32,000 nucleotides of DNA from Vibrio cholerae ATCC 14035 (GTDB taxonomy: Bacteria > Pseudomonadota > Gammaproteobacteria > Enterobacterales > Vibrionaceae), in contig NZ_JHXR01000001.1 in the NCBI RefSeq assembly GCF_000621645.1, forward strand, positions 30,001 to 62,000. The letters run 5' to 3'. Numbering within the stretch: the stretch's first letter is position 1; the number at the start of each line of letters is the position of its first letter. The position numbers and the translations under genes are program-made. The notes below the pieces were generated by a model, which was not told the DNA's origin, ran no database searches, and saw nothing but the letters and a program-made list of their open reading frames with translations. Below, piece by piece: positions 14,570-24,292 of the stretch.

Positions 14570-16312
14570 GTGGCCGATGATAAACAAACAACCGATCTCG
14601 CGTTGACCAATAGTGGTGGTGAGCATGCCTTGATGGCAGGCTCTGATATGGACCACGACACGCAGAATCCGGACATCAACGAAAAAAGTAGCAAAATGGA
14701 CTTTACCGTTGGTGATCTCGATTTATTGCGCCAAGTGGTACTGGTACTGTCTATTTCAATCTGCGTTGCCCTTATCGTCATGCTGTTCTTCTGGGTACGT
14801 GAGCCGGATATGCGTCCGCTGGGTGCTTACGAAACCGAAGAACTGATCCCAGTCTTGGATTACCTCGATCAACAGAAACAGCAATACAAACTTGATGGCA
14901 ATACCATTTTGGTGCCCGTCAGTGATTACAACAGCCTCAAACTCTCCATGGTACGCGCGGGATTAAACCAAAACCGTCAGGCTGGCGACGAGATTCTGAT
15001 GCAGGATATGGGCTTTGGGGTATCACAGCGTCTTGAACAAGAACGCCTCAAGCTGAGCCGTGAACGTCAACTCGCGAAAGCGATTGAAGAGATGCGCCAA
15101 GTTAACAAAGCTCGCGTATTGCTTGCATTGCCAAAGCAGAGTGTGTTTGTTCGTCATAACCAAGAAGCGTCAGCGTCTGTGTTCTTGACGGTACGCACGG
15201 GAGCCAATCTTAAACAAGAAGAGATTGATGCCGTGGTCGATATGGTGGCCAGTGCTGTGCCGGGCATGAAACCGAGCCGGGTTACGGTGACCGATCAGCA
15301 TGGTCGTTTGCTCAGCTCAGGCTCTCAAGATCCCGTTTCTGCAGCTCGCCGTAAAGAGCAAGAGCTGGAGAAACAACAAGAAGAAGCCCTGCGTGGAAAA
15401 ATTGACTCTGTGCTGATCCCGATCCTTGGTTTAGGTAATTACACCGCGCAGGTGGATATCGAACTCGATTTCAGTGCAGTAGAGCAGACACGTAAAGTGT
15501 TTGACCCCAACACGCCAGCCACACGCAGTGAATACACACTGGAAGATTACAATAACGGTAACGTTGTCGCAGGGGTGCCGGGCGCTCTTAGCAACCAACC
15601 TCCCGCCGATGCCTCAATTCCGCAAGATGTAGCACAGATGAAAGATGGCTCGGTCATGGGGCAAGGGTCGGTGCATAAAGAAGCGACACGTAACTATGAA
15701 CTTGATACCACCATCAGCCATGAGCGTAAGCAATCAGGGGTGATTAACCGTCAGACTGTAGCGGTGGCCGTCAAGAGTCGTTCCAGCGTCAATCCTGATA
15801 CTGGCGAAGTCACTTACACGCCACTCAGTGAAGCGGACCTCAACTCAATTCGTCAGGTTCTGATCGGCACCGTAGGCTATAGTGAAAATCGTGGAGATTT
15901 ACTGAATGTCCTCAGCATGCCGTTTGCTGAACCCGAAATGGAACAAATTGTTGATGTCCCAATTTGGGAACATCCAAACTTCAACGATTGGGTTCGTTGG
16001 TTCGCCAGTGCCTTGGTTATCATCATCGTCATTTTGGTGCTAGTACGCCCAGCGATGAAGAAACTTATCAACCCAGCGGCGGATAACGATGACCAAATGT
16101 ACGGCCCAGACGGTATGCCAATTGGCGCGGATGGTGAGACAAGCCTCATCGGCAGCGATATTGATGGCGGTGAGTTGTTCGAATTTGGTTCAGGCATTGA
16201 TCTGCCGAATCTTCACAAGGATGAGGACGTGCTGAAAGCAGTACGTGCCTTGGTGGCAAACGAGCCAGAACTCGCGGCTCAAGTAGTGAAGAACTGGATG
16301 CAAAATGGCTAA
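14570..16312 (+). CDS. fliF: flagellar MS-ring protein FliF (580 aa, GTG start)
   Basis: Two transmembrane helices flank a large periplasmic domain. The FliF C-terminal FliG-binding tail is conserved (DVLKAVRALVANEPELAAQVVKNWM). Confidence 0.9.
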   Translation: MADDKQTTDLALTNSGGEHALMAGSDMDHDTQNPDINEKSSKMDFTVGDLDLLRQVVLVLSISICVALIVMLFFWVREPDMRPLGAYETEELIPVLDYLDQQKQQYKLDGNTILVPVSDYNSLKLSMVRAGLNQNRQAGDEILMQDMGFGVSQRLEQERLKLSRERQLAKAIEEMRQVNKARVLLALPKQSVFVRHNQEASASVFLTVRTGANLKQEEIDAVVDMVASAVPGMKPSRVTVTDQHGRLLSSGSQDPVSAARRKEQELEKQQEEALRGKIDSVLIPILGLGNYTAQVDIELDFSAVEQTRKVFDPNTPATRSEYTLEDYNNGNVVAGVPGALSNQPPADASIPQDVAQMKDGSVMGQGSVHKEATRNYELDTTISHERKQSGVINRQTVAVAVKSRSSVNPDTGEVTYTPLSEADLNSIRQVLIGTVGYSENRGDLLNVLSMPFAEPEMEQIVDVPIWEHPNFNDWVRWFASALVIIIVILVLVRPAMKKLINPAADNDDQMYGPDGMPIGADGETSLIGSDIDGGELFEFGSGIDLPNLHKDEDVLKAVRALVANEPELAAQVVKNWMQNG

Positions 16313-17351
16313 AGACAATAAAGATGGTGGAGAAGTGGTCGAATCAACCATTGATATCAGTGAAATTCCCGGTGAAGAAAAAGCAGCCATTTTGCTGCTC
16401 AGTTTGAATGAAGAAGATGCCGCAGGCATCATTCGCCACCTCGAGCCTAAACAGGTACAGAGGGTGGGTAGTGCCATGGCACGCGCCAAAGACTTAAGCC
16501 AAACCAAAGTGTCAGCGGTGCATCGTGCCTTTTTGGAAGATATTCAAAAATACACCAACATTGGTATGGGCAGTGAAGACTTCCTACGTAATGCTCTGGT
16601 TGCGGCGTTGGGGGCGGATAAAGCCAACAACTTGGTGGATCAAATTCTGCTTGGTACCGGCTCGAAAGGTCTGGATTCACTAAAATGGATGGATCCACGT
16701 CAAGTAGCGAGCATTATTATCAACGAGCACCCGCAGATCCAAACCATCGTATTGTCGTACCTTGAGCCGGATCAATCGGCCGAGATTTTGGCGCAGTTTG
16801 CTCAGCGTGACGCTCTCGATTTGTTGATGCGTATCGCCAACTTGGAAGAAGTACAGCCTTCAGCGCTGGCCGAGTTGAACGAAATCATGGAGAAACAGTT
16901 CGCGGGTCAAGCGGGGGCACAAGCGGCCAAAATTGGTGGCTTGAAAGCTGCTGCCGACATCATGAACTATCTGGACAACAACATCGAAAGCGTATTGATG
17001 GAAGGAATGCGCGAAAAAGACGAAGACTTGGCAACTCAGATCCAAGATTTGATGTTTGTGTTCGAGAACTTAGTCGAAGTCGACGATCAAGGCATCCAAA
17101 AATTGCTGCGTGATGTTCCGCAAGATGTCTTGCAAAAAGCCCTCAAAGGGGCAGACGATACACTGCGCGAGAAGATCTTCAAGAACATGTCGAAACGTGC
17201 TGCTGAGATGATGAAAGACGATTTGGAGGCGATGCCACCGATCAAAGTGTCCGATGTGGAAGCGGCTCAGAAAGAGATCTTGTCTATCGCTCGTCGTATG
17301 GCCGACAACGGCGAGATCATGCTGGGCGGCGGTGCCGACGAATTCTTATAA
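16305..17351 (+). CDS. fliG: flagellar motor switch/rotor protein FliG (348 aa)
   Basis: FliG family throughout (EKAAILLLSLNEEDAAGIIRHL; C-terminal torque helix region KNMSKRAAEMMKDDLE). It overlaps the fliF stop by 8 nt, suggesting translational coupling. Confidence 0.95.
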   Translation: MAKDNKDGGEVVESTIDISEIPGEEKAAILLLSLNEEDAAGIIRHLEPKQVQRVGSAMARAKDLSQTKVSAVHRAFLEDIQKYTNIGMGSEDFLRNALVAALGADKANNLVDQILLGTGSKGLDSLKWMDPRQVASIIINEHPQIQTIVLSYLEPDQSAEILAQFAQRDALDLLMRIANLEEVQPSALAELNEIMEKQFAGQAGAQAAKIGGLKAAADIMNYLDNNIESVLMEGMREKDEDLATQIQDLMFVFENLVEVDDQGIQKLLRDVPQDVLQKALKGADDTLREKIFKNMSKRAAEMMKDDLEAMPPIKVSDVEAAQKEILSIARRMADNGEIMLGGGADEFL

Positions 17352-17356
17352 TCAAG

Positions 17357-17380
17357 TAGGATCGGTGTAAGCCGATCCTA
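17357..17380 (+). terminator. intra-operon hairpin between fliG and fliH (possible partial terminator or processing site)
   Basis: TAGGATCGG (17357-17365) pairs with CCGATCCTA (17372-17380): a perfect 9-bp stem with a 6-nt loop, followed by TTTCCTT. Confidence 0.4.
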
Positions 17381-17443
17381 TTTCCTTCGATGCATTATTT
17401 TGATGAACGTTAAACAAAACTTGCTGCATGATTGAGGATCACA

Positions 17444-18244
17444 ATGTCTGGTGAAAGAAAGCGTGGTTTTATTCGCCCGGGTACAGATGATGCGACGGTC
17501 ACACCTCAACGTTGGGGGCTGCCGGATTACGGTGCGGAAAGTAACAAAGCGGCTAAACAGACTGCGTTTAATTACGATCCGGGCTGGATCCCAAACTTTG
17601 ACGAACCGGAGCAGGTCGTCGAGCACGAATTCAGTGAAGAAGAGATTGCACTGATCCGCACTGCCGCTCAACAAGAGGGCTTTGAGGCGGGGCAAGCAGA
17701 AGGCTATCAGCAAGGCTTTGAACAAGGTAAGGCTGAAGGTTTCCAAGCTGGTCATCAAGAAGGGCAAACGCAAGGTTATCAAGATGGCGTTGCCGAAGGG
17801 CAAGCCTTAATTCAAGAACAAGTCAAAACCTTTATGGCGCTGGCGAACCAGTTTGCTCAGCCCCTTGATCTGCTTAATGCTCAGGTCGAAAAGCAGCTGG
17901 TGGACATGGTACTCGCGTTGACCAAAGAAGTGGTGCACGTTGAAGTGCAAACCAACCCACAAGTGATCCTCGATACCGTCAAAGCTTCAGTCGAAGCGCT
18001 GCCGATTGCAGGGCACGCGATTACTCTCAAACTCAATCCAGAAGATGTGGAGATTATTCGCCAAGCCTACGGTGAGCAAGAAATCGAAACCCGTAACTGG
18101 ACTCTACTCAGCGAGCCAGCCTTAAGTCGCGGCGATGTACAGATTGAAGCGGGCGAGTCGAGCGTCAGCTATCGGATGGAAGAGCGGATCCGCAGCGTGC
18201 TGAAAAGCTTCTGCGGTATCAACCGTCACCATCCGGGAGAGTAG
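17444..18244 (+). CDS. fliH: flagellar export apparatus protein FliH (266 aa)
   Basis: ATG 17444 lies 5 nt after SD GAGGA (17434-17438). It has a long GxxxG repeat tract and a FliH C-terminal domain. It sits before fliI. Confidence 0.85.
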   Translation: MSGERKRGFIRPGTDDATVTPQRWGLPDYGAESNKAAKQTAFNYDPGWIPNFDEPEQVVEHEFSEEEIALIRTAAQQEGFEAGQAEGYQQGFEQGKAEGFQAGHQEGQTQGYQDGVAEGQALIQEQVKTFMALANQFAQPLDLLNAQVEKQLVDMVLALTKEVVHVEVQTNPQVILDTVKASVEALPIAGHAITLKLNPEDVEIIRQAYGEQEIETRNWTLLSEPALSRGDVQIEAGESSVSYRMEERIRSVLKSFCGINRHHPGE

Positions 18245-18247
18245 CCG

Positions 18248-19567
18248 ATGTTAGCGTTAGCTGATCGCCTTGCCCAATACAAAGTCGAAGGACACACCAC
18301 CCGACCCATGGCTTCGGGAAAGTTGGTGCGTGTTGTGGGTTTGACGCTGGAAGCCACAGGTTGTAAAGCACCCGTCGGAAGTTTGTGTAAAGTCGAAACC
18401 ATGAACGGCGAGATGGAAGCCGAAGTGGTGGGCTTTTCTGGCGATAACCTCTTTTTGATGCCTAGTGAACAGATCATCGGTGTCCTTCCCGGAGCCAAAG
18501 TGACTCCTATCACGACCGAATCAGGCCTGCCTGTCGGTATGGAACTGCTGGGACGCGTGATTGATGGCGTGGGTAATCCGCTCGATGGTTTAGGTCCGAT
18601 TTATACCGATCAACGCGCTTCACTTAACGCTATACCGATTAACCCACTGGCACGTAAACCGATCAACGAACCTTTGGATGTTGGCATCAAGGCGATTAAC
18701 GGTTTACTGACGGTCGGTAAAGGACAACGGATTGGCTTGTTTGCCGGTTCCGGTGTCGGTAAATCGGTCACGCTCGGCATGATGACCCGAGGCACTACAG
18801 CGCAAGTCGTGGTGGTTGGGTTGATTGGTGAGCGGGGACGTGAAGTCAAAGAATTTATCGAGGAGATCCTCGGCGTAGATGGTCGCCAGCGTTCCGTGGT
18901 GGTTGCCGCTCCTGCTGATTCCTCGCCGCTGATGCGTTTAAAAGGGTGCCAAACGGCTCTGACTATTGCCGAGTATTTTCGCGATCAAGGTTTGGATGTG
19001 CTGCTGTTGATGGATTCACTCACGCGTTTTGCGCAAGCGCAGCGTGAGATAGCTCTGTCCGTTGGAGAGCCCCCGGCGACCAAAGGTTATCCACCATCGG
19101 TGTTTGCCAAACTGCCGGCACTGGTTGAGCGCGCTGGTAATGGCGGCCCACACCAAGGTTCGATCACCGCATTTTTCACCGTATTGACCGAAGGGGATGA
19201 CTTACAAGATCCGATTGCGGATGCCTCGCGCGCGATCTTGGATGGTCATATCGTGTTATCGCGGGAAATGGCCGATGCAGGGCACTATCCGGCGATTGAT
19301 GTCGAAAAATCCGTCAGCCGGGTTATGCCACAAATCACCACCGATGAGCATTTACTGATGTCGAAAGCGGTTCGACAGATCCTTTCCGTGTGTCGTAAAA
19401 ATCAAGACTTAGTCTCGATTGGTGCCTACAAACTGGGCACCGACAAAGCGATTGATGCGGCTTTCACCCTCAAACCGAAATTGGATCAGTACTTGCAGCA
19501 AGCCATGAAAGAAACCGTGCCTTATGACATGTGCGTCAATATGCTGCGCCATGTACTCAGCTCATAA
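18248..19567 (+). CDS. fliI: flagellum-specific ATPase FliI (439 aa)
   Basis: F1/T3SS ATPase family with Walker A (GSGVGKS) and Walker B ([12 protein letters not shown]). Confidence 0.95.
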   Translation: MLALADRLAQYKVEGHTTRPMASGKLVRVVGLTLEATGCKAPVGSLCKVETMNGEMEAEVVGFSGDNLFLMPSEQIIGVLPGAKVTPITTESGLPVGMELLGRVIDGVGNPLDGLGPIYTDQRASLNAIPINPLARKPINEPLDVGIKAINGLLTVGKGQRIGLFAGSGVGKSVTLGMMTRGTTAQVVVVGLIGERGREVKEFIEEILGVDGRQRSVVVAAPADSSPLMRLKGCQTALTIAEYFRDQGLDVLLLMDSLTRFAQAQREIALSVGEPPATKGYPPSVFAKLPALVERAGNGGPHQGSITAFFTVLTEGDDLQDPIADASRAILDGHIVLSREMADAGHYPAIDVEKSVSRVMPQITTDEHLLMSKAVRQILSVCRKNQDLVSIGAYKLGTDKAIDAAFTLKPKLDQYLQQAMKETVPYDMCVNMLRHVLSS

Positions 19568-19581
19568 CTTGGAGCATTGAA

Positions 19582-20025
19582 ATGGATAACGCGTTAGATT
19601 TCTTGCTCGAACAAGCTCAGGAAAGCGAAGACAAAGCGGTGTTGGCGCTCAGTAAAGCACGCAGTGAGCTGGATAGTTACTACCACCAACTGCGTCAAAT
19701 TGAACAGTACCGCTTAGAGTATTGTCAGCAGTTAGTTGAACGCGGCAAATCAGGGTTAACCGCCAGCCAATATGGCCACCTCAACCGATTTCTCACTCAG
19801 CTCGATGAAACCTTAGCCAAACAAAAAAGCGCTGAGCAGCATTTTCGTCTGCAAGTTGAAAACTGCGAACAGCACTGGATGAACATGCGTCAAAAACGGA
19901 AATCCTATCAATGGCTGATGGAGAAAAAACAAACCGAACGTCAGTTATTACAAGAAAAACGCGAACAGAAACAGATGGATGAATTTTCGACCCTGATGTT
20001 CAATCGCCGCCGTCTCTCCTCATAA
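19582..20025 (+). CDS. fliJ: flagellar export chaperone/stalk protein FliJ (147 aa)
   Basis: Coiled-coil protein following fliI. ATG 19582 follows SD GGAG (19571-19574). The track start at 19531 overlaps the fliI 3' end and is unlikely. Confidence 0.8.
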   Translation: MDNALDFLLEQAQESEDKAVLALSKARSELDSYYHQLRQIEQYRLEYCQQLVERGKSGLTASQYGHLNRFLTQLDETLAKQKSAEQHFRLQVENCEQHWMNMRQKRKSYQWLMEKKQTERQLLQEKREQKQMDEFSTLMFNRRRLSS

Positions 20026-20090
20026 GGCGTAGTTTAAACGTCGTATCACGGCGCGAGCTTCTCCTCCTTGGATGCAATAAAACCTTCACT

Positions 20091-20106
20091 TGGCTTACTT
20101 CTTGCT
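20091..20106 (+). promoter_or_regulatory. sigma54 promoter of the fliKLMNOPQR-flhB operon
   Basis: TGGCTT-ACTTC-TTGCT, with GG at 20092-20093 and GC at 20104-20105 (exact spacing). It lies in the 178-nt gap between fliJ and fliK. Confidence 0.7.
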
Positions 20107-20203
20107 AGATTTTCGCAAAAGGGCGTTAACCCCAAGCTGTTACTGATGAGTTGATCTGCGCAGGTCATGCTCAGACTTCAATTCCACTGTGCGAGTAGCG
20201 AAT

Positions 20204-22213
20204 ATGAATGTGAATCTCACCCCTCCGGTTGAACCGAGTAAAATAGCTCCAACGGCAAAAAGTAGCGCAGTCAGTACGGATGCCGCTGCGACGGAGTCCT
20301 CTGGTGGTTTTTTTGCGCAGTTACACGCTCTTATTTTCGGCAGCAAAACCGCTTCAGATGCCCCCGCTACCAGTGTGACTCAGACTGAAGGTGACACCGA
20401 AGCGCCAGTGAATACAGAGGCAGTCCTAGAGGCTGATAGTGATGCCGCTTTAATGGCAGAGATGGATGACGCCTTGTTTAGCGCCAGCGAAGTGGAGGCG
20501 GCCAGTGAAGAAGGCTTGCCAGTCGATGTCATAAAATCCGCTCAGAAAGCGCCATCATTAGAAAAAGGTGAAGCGATTTCCACCAAAGTGGCACCAGTCA
20601 AGCAAGATGAACAAGGTGCAAATGCGCCCATACCGGCTTCGCTCGCCAAATGGGTCACGAATGCGGAGTCCATCGATGACCAGCCTGTAAGTGGTGAGTT
20701 ACAACGCAAAACTGCACAGGCGATGAGTGAGGGGGATGAATTATTGGGGCGTTTGCAAGAGGCGAACCAAGCGCTCATCAAAACCAACGGCAAAATTTTG
20801 CCAGCGCAGCATGGTCAAGCATTGGACTCACAACATCCCGACAGAATACGGAACGCGACGCCGCCTGAAGCGGTTTTACCGATTGAATCTGCCACGGCAA
20901 TCTCCAATCGTGCTCTTTCTACCAGTGCTGACCTTGATGCTGCCGTCTCAGACTCGGCTGCCACTGAAGATGAAATAGCACAAGATGAATGGATGGCGAG
21001 CGCTCTGATGGGCGGCGCATTAGTAGGCGGATTGTCAGGTGCTTCATTGGCGGCGGCAAACACTGTGCACGCTGAACCGGTTGAGGGGGCAATGCTTGAG
21101 GGAATGCCGCTGACACAGACTTTCGCTAATACCGCGGCTTTGGCAAGCCCAAGCGCCGAAGTGAGTGAGGCTCTTGCGGCTTCAAGTCAAGCGCTGAAAG
21201 CGACGCCATTGACTCAATCAGCGCTCAATCCTGCATCAATCATGGCTGATGAAGGGCTTAATCAGTCAACTTCTGCAACAGAAACGGGCAAAGTGGTGAT
21301 TCCTTGGGGCACACAAATGCCGACTGACAATGAGTTGGCTGCGCTGACACCAGAGCTGAAAGCCATGCTCGAAGAAGGGGGTAAAGCGAAAGCGCCTGTT
21401 CCTAATGCGCTGGCTCAGTCAGTCGCACAAGGGTTAACGCCAGCCCATTTAGCGGCGCAGCAAACGGGCACCACGGCGCTGCCAATGAATCCCACGGCGG
21501 CGACGCCTATCGATATAGCGGCACTAGCGCCTCAAACCGTAGCGGTCAATCCAATGTTAAATCCTGCCGCGACGGTGAATCCTGAGCTTGCCGCCAGCTC
21601 TGCCATGCTGGCAGCATTAGGTGGCCGAGCTTTAGCGGGCAGTGACGAACGTCGTGCGGTCAGTGAATCAGGACAAGAAGACTTAGCCCAGCAAATCGCA
21701 GCGGCAGCAGGACAAGGTACGGCGCAAAACCAAGCTCTCAACCGCGCTGAGTCGCAACTGGTACAAACCAATGCTACCCCTGTTCCATTGAATAAAGAGA
21801 TGGCTGCCGATCAGTTGGCTGAACGTGTGCAGATGATGATGTCGAAGAACTTGAAAAATATTGATATTCGGCTGGATCCACCGGAATTGGGACGGATGCA
21901 TATTCGCATGAACATGCAAGGTGATGGCGCGACCGTGCATTTCACCGTCGCGAACCAACACGCACGTGAGGCATTAGAACAAACCATGCCAAGGCTGCGT
22001 GAAATGTTGGCGCAGCAAGGCGTCCAATTGGGCGATACCTCGGTTCAGCAGCAAAGTGCGGGACAACAGCAGCGTTATACAGGACAAGAGCAGTCTGGTT
22101 TTGGTCAAAGCGCACGCAATGAAAGGCTCAATAGCGAAGAAAACCTTGATACTGACATCAAACTTGATTTGAATGTGGCAACAAAGCGTGATGGAATCAG
22201 TTATTACGCTTAA
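20204..22213 (+). CDS. fliK: flagellar hook-length control protein FliK (about 669 aa)
   Basis: Long Ala/Pro/Gln-rich low-complexity N-terminal region plus a conserved FliK C-terminal domain (LDPPELGRMHIRMNMQGDGATVHFTVANQHAREALE). The start is either ATG 20204 or GTG 20189. Confidence 0.85.
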   Translation: MNVNLTPPVEPSKIAPTAKSSAVSTDAAATESSGGFFAQLHALIFGSKTASDAPATSVTQTEGDTEAPVNTEAVLEADSDAALMAEMDDALFSASEVEAASEEGLPVDVIKSAQKAPSLEKGEAISTKVAPVKQDEQGANAPIPASLAKWVTNAESIDDQPVSGELQRKTAQAMSEGDELLGRLQEANQALIKTNGKILPAQHGQALDSQHPDRIRNATPPEAVLPIESATAISNRALSTSADLDAAVSDSAATEDEIAQDEWMASALMGGALVGGLSGASLAAANTVHAEPVEGAMLEGMPLTQTFANTAALASPSAEVSEALAASSQALKATPLTQSALNPASIMADEGLNQSTSATETGKVVIPWGTQMPTDNELAALTPELKAMLEEGGKAKAPVPNALAQSVAQGLTPAHLAAQQTGTTALPMNPTAATPIDIAALAPQTVAVNPMLNPAATVNPELAASSAMLAALGGRALAGSDERRAVSESGQEDLAQQIAAAAGQGTAQNQALNRAESQLVQTNATPVPLNKEMAADQLAERVQMMMSKNLKNIDIRLDPPELGRMHIRMNMQGDGATVHFTVANQHAREALEQTMPRLREMLAQQGVQLGDTSVQQQSAGQQQRYTGQEQSGFGQSARNERLNSEENLDTDIKLDLNVATKRDGISYYA

Positions 22214-22247
22214 ACTTATACAAAATTAACCACATACAGAGGCAATT

Positions 22248-22751
22248 ATGGCCGAAGAAGATCTAGGAACAGAAGCTCCCAAAGGGAAAAAGAAACTGTT
22301 GATCATCATTATCGCCGCCGTGGTGTTACTGGCTGGCGGTGGTGGTGCCGCATTTTTCATGATGGGGTCAGGTGGCGACGAAGCGGCTGCGGACGCAGAG
22401 CAGAAAACCGAACAGGTCGCCGCTCCGACCGATCCGGTGTCTTACGTCAATATTGCTCAGCCGTTTGTGTTTAATGTCACTGGGGATGCCAAAGATCGCT
22501 TAGTGCAAATCAAAGTCCAATTAATGGTGCGTGGCAGCGAAAATGAAAACCTTGCACGTTACCACTCGCCTTTAGTGGAAAGCTCGCTGCTGGCGACTTT
22601 TGCATCAGCAACGGTGGAGCAATTGCGTACCCCCAATGGCCGCATTGAGCTGCGTGATAAAGCCACCGATGACATCAAAGCCGCGCTCAACCAAGCGGTA
22701 GGCAAACCCGTTATTGAAAAAGTGCTGTTTACCGACTTTGTAATGCAATAG
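22248..22751 (+). CDS. fliL: flagellar basal body-associated protein FliL (167 aa)
   Basis: A single N-terminal transmembrane helix (LLIIIIAAVVLLAGGGGAAFF) plus a FliL periplasmic domain (PFVFNV..RLVQIKVQLMV). Confidence 0.9.
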   Translation: MAEEDLGTEAPKGKKKLLIIIIAAVVLLAGGGGAAFFMMGSGGDEAAADAEQKTEQVAAPTDPVSYVNIAQPFVFNVTGDAKDRLVQIKVQLMVRGSENENLARYHSPLVESSLLATFASATVEQLRTPNGRIELRDKATDDIKAALNQAVGKPVIEKVLFTDFVMQ

Positions 22752-22758
22752 GTGAAAT

Positions 22759-23808
22759 GTGACTGATTTATTAAGCCAAGACGAAATCGATGCGCTGCTT
22801 CATGGCGTTGACAGCGTCGATGAGGAAGAAGAGGAATTACCCAAATCTGGCCCCAGTGCCACGAATTTTGATTTTTCTTCCCAAGATCGTATCGTCCGGG
22901 GTCGAATGCCGACTCTGGAGCTTATCAATGAACGTTTTGCTCGCCATCTGCGCATCAGTCTGTTCAACATGCTGCGTAAAACCGCAGAAGTGTCGATCAA
23001 CGGCGTGCAGATGATGAAGTTTGGTGAATACCAAAATACCTTATATGTTCCTACCAGTTTGAACATGGTGCGTTTTCGTCCACTTAAGGGGACGGCCTTG
23101 GTGACCATGGAAGCGCGTTTGGTGTTCATTCTGGTGGAAAACTTCTTCGGCGGCGATGGCCGTTATCATGCCCGAATTGAGGGACGTGAATTTACCCCAA
23201 CTGAACGGCGGGTTATTCAACTGCTGCTCAAAATCGTGTTTGCCGACTACAAAGAAGCGTGGTCGCCCGTCATGGGGGTCGAGTTTGAATACCTCGATTC
23301 CGAAGTGAACCCGAGCATGGCGAACATCGTCAGCCCAACCGAAGTGATTGTCGTCAGCTCCTTCCACGTTGAAGTGGATGGTGGCGGTGGCGATTTCCAC
23401 ATGGTTATGCCGTATTCGATGGTAGAACCGATCCGTGAACTGCTGGATGCGGGTGTACAGTCGGACAAAATGGAAACCGACGTGCGCTGGAGTACGGCTC
23501 TGCGCGAAGAGATCATGGATGTACCAGTCAATTTCCGAGTGAACTTACTGGAAATGGATATTGCGCTGCGGGATTTGATGGAGTTGCAAGTGGGGGATGT
23601 CATCCCGATAAAAATGCCAGAACATGCGGTAATGTTTGTCGAAGAGCTGCCAACGTATCGTGTGAAAATGGGACGCTCCGGTGAAAAACTCGCAGTACAA
23701 GTTTCTGAGAAAATCAAACGCCCAGATGTAGTGAAAACGGATCTCGCGTTCCTTGGTAAAGACATTATTGCTGAGTTTGAAAACGCAGAAGAAGATGAAA
23801 TCGAATAA
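22759..23808 (+). CDS. fliM: flagellar motor switch protein FliM (349 aa, GTG start)
   Basis: N-terminal CheY-P binding motif LSQDEIDALL, with FliM middle and C-terminal domains. Confidence 0.95.
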   Translation: MTDLLSQDEIDALLHGVDSVDEEEEELPKSGPSATNFDFSSQDRIVRGRMPTLELINERFARHLRISLFNMLRKTAEVSINGVQMMKFGEYQNTLYVPTSLNMVRFRPLKGTALVTMEARLVFILVENFFGGDGRYHARIEGREFTPTERRVIQLLLKIVFADYKEAWSPVMGVEFEYLDSEVNPSMANIVSPTEVIVVSSFHVEVDGGGGDFHMVMPYSMVEPIRELLDAGVQSDKMETDVRWSTALREEIMDVPVNFRVNLLEMDIALRDLMELQVGDVIPIKMPEHAVMFVEELPTYRVKMGRSGEKLAVQVSEKIKRPDVVKTDLAFLGKDIIAEFENAEEDEIE

Positions 23809-23878
23809 TCCGTTTTACGACGTCGGGATGATCGCTCGATAGCGGCGGATAATGAAAAGAACCAATAGGTAGTTGAAG

Positions 23879-24289
23879 ATGGCAAAAAGCGAAGATGAAA
23901 GACTGGCCGAAGAATGGGCTGCCGCACTGGGGGAAGACCCTAATGCGCCTGATATTGATGTGGATGAAATCTTAGCCGCACCACTTGAAGAGCTGAAAAA
24001 CACGGCGCCCCCAATTACGGATGACGAGCGCCGTAAGCTCGATACCATTATGGATATTCCGGTGACCATCTCGATGGAAGTCGGGCGCTCTAAAATCAGC
24101 ATTCGTAACCTGCTGCAATTGAACCAAGGTTCGGTGGTGGAGTTGGATCGGATTGCCGATGAGTCACTCGATGTGATGGTTAACGGCACGCTGATTGCGC
24201 ATGGCGAAGTGGTGGTGGTGAACGATAAGTTTGGTATCCGCCTCACCGACGTGATAAGTCAAACCGAACGTATCAAGAAATTGAGATAG
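23879..24289 (+). CDS. fliN: flagellar motor switch protein FliN (136 aa)
   Basis: SpoA/FliN C-terminal domain (IPVTISMEVGRSKISIRNLLQLNQGSVVELD..GEVVVVNDKFGIRLTDV). ATG 23879 is preferred over the TTG at 23873. Confidence 0.9.
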   Translation: MAKSEDERLAEEWAAALGEDPNAPDIDVDEILAAPLEELKNTAPPITDDERRKLDTIMDIPVTISMEVGRSKISIRNLLQLNQGSVVELDRIADESLDVMVNGTLIAHGEVVVVNDKFGIRLTDVISQTERIKKLR

Positions 24290-24292
24290 CCA

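Noticed and set aside
17401-17430. TTGCTGCA in the fliG-fliH spacer, considered as a possible sigma54 -12 element for an internal fliH promoter.
   Set aside because: There is no GG at the -24 position (TA is found there), so it is not a sigma54 promoter.
23247-23927. Long antisense ORFs opposite flagellar and housekeeping genes: 226 aa opposite fliM/fliN, 170 aa at 25169-25681 opposite fliP/fliQ, 153 aa at 26629-27090 opposite flhB, 161 aa at 30033-30518 opposite aroC, and 141 aa at 17378-17803 opposite fliH.
   Set aside because: In every case the sense strand encodes a strongly recognizable conserved protein. The antisense ORFs have Ser/Arg/Ile-rich low-complexity translations, no SD and no recognizable family. 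They are typical shadow ORFs.
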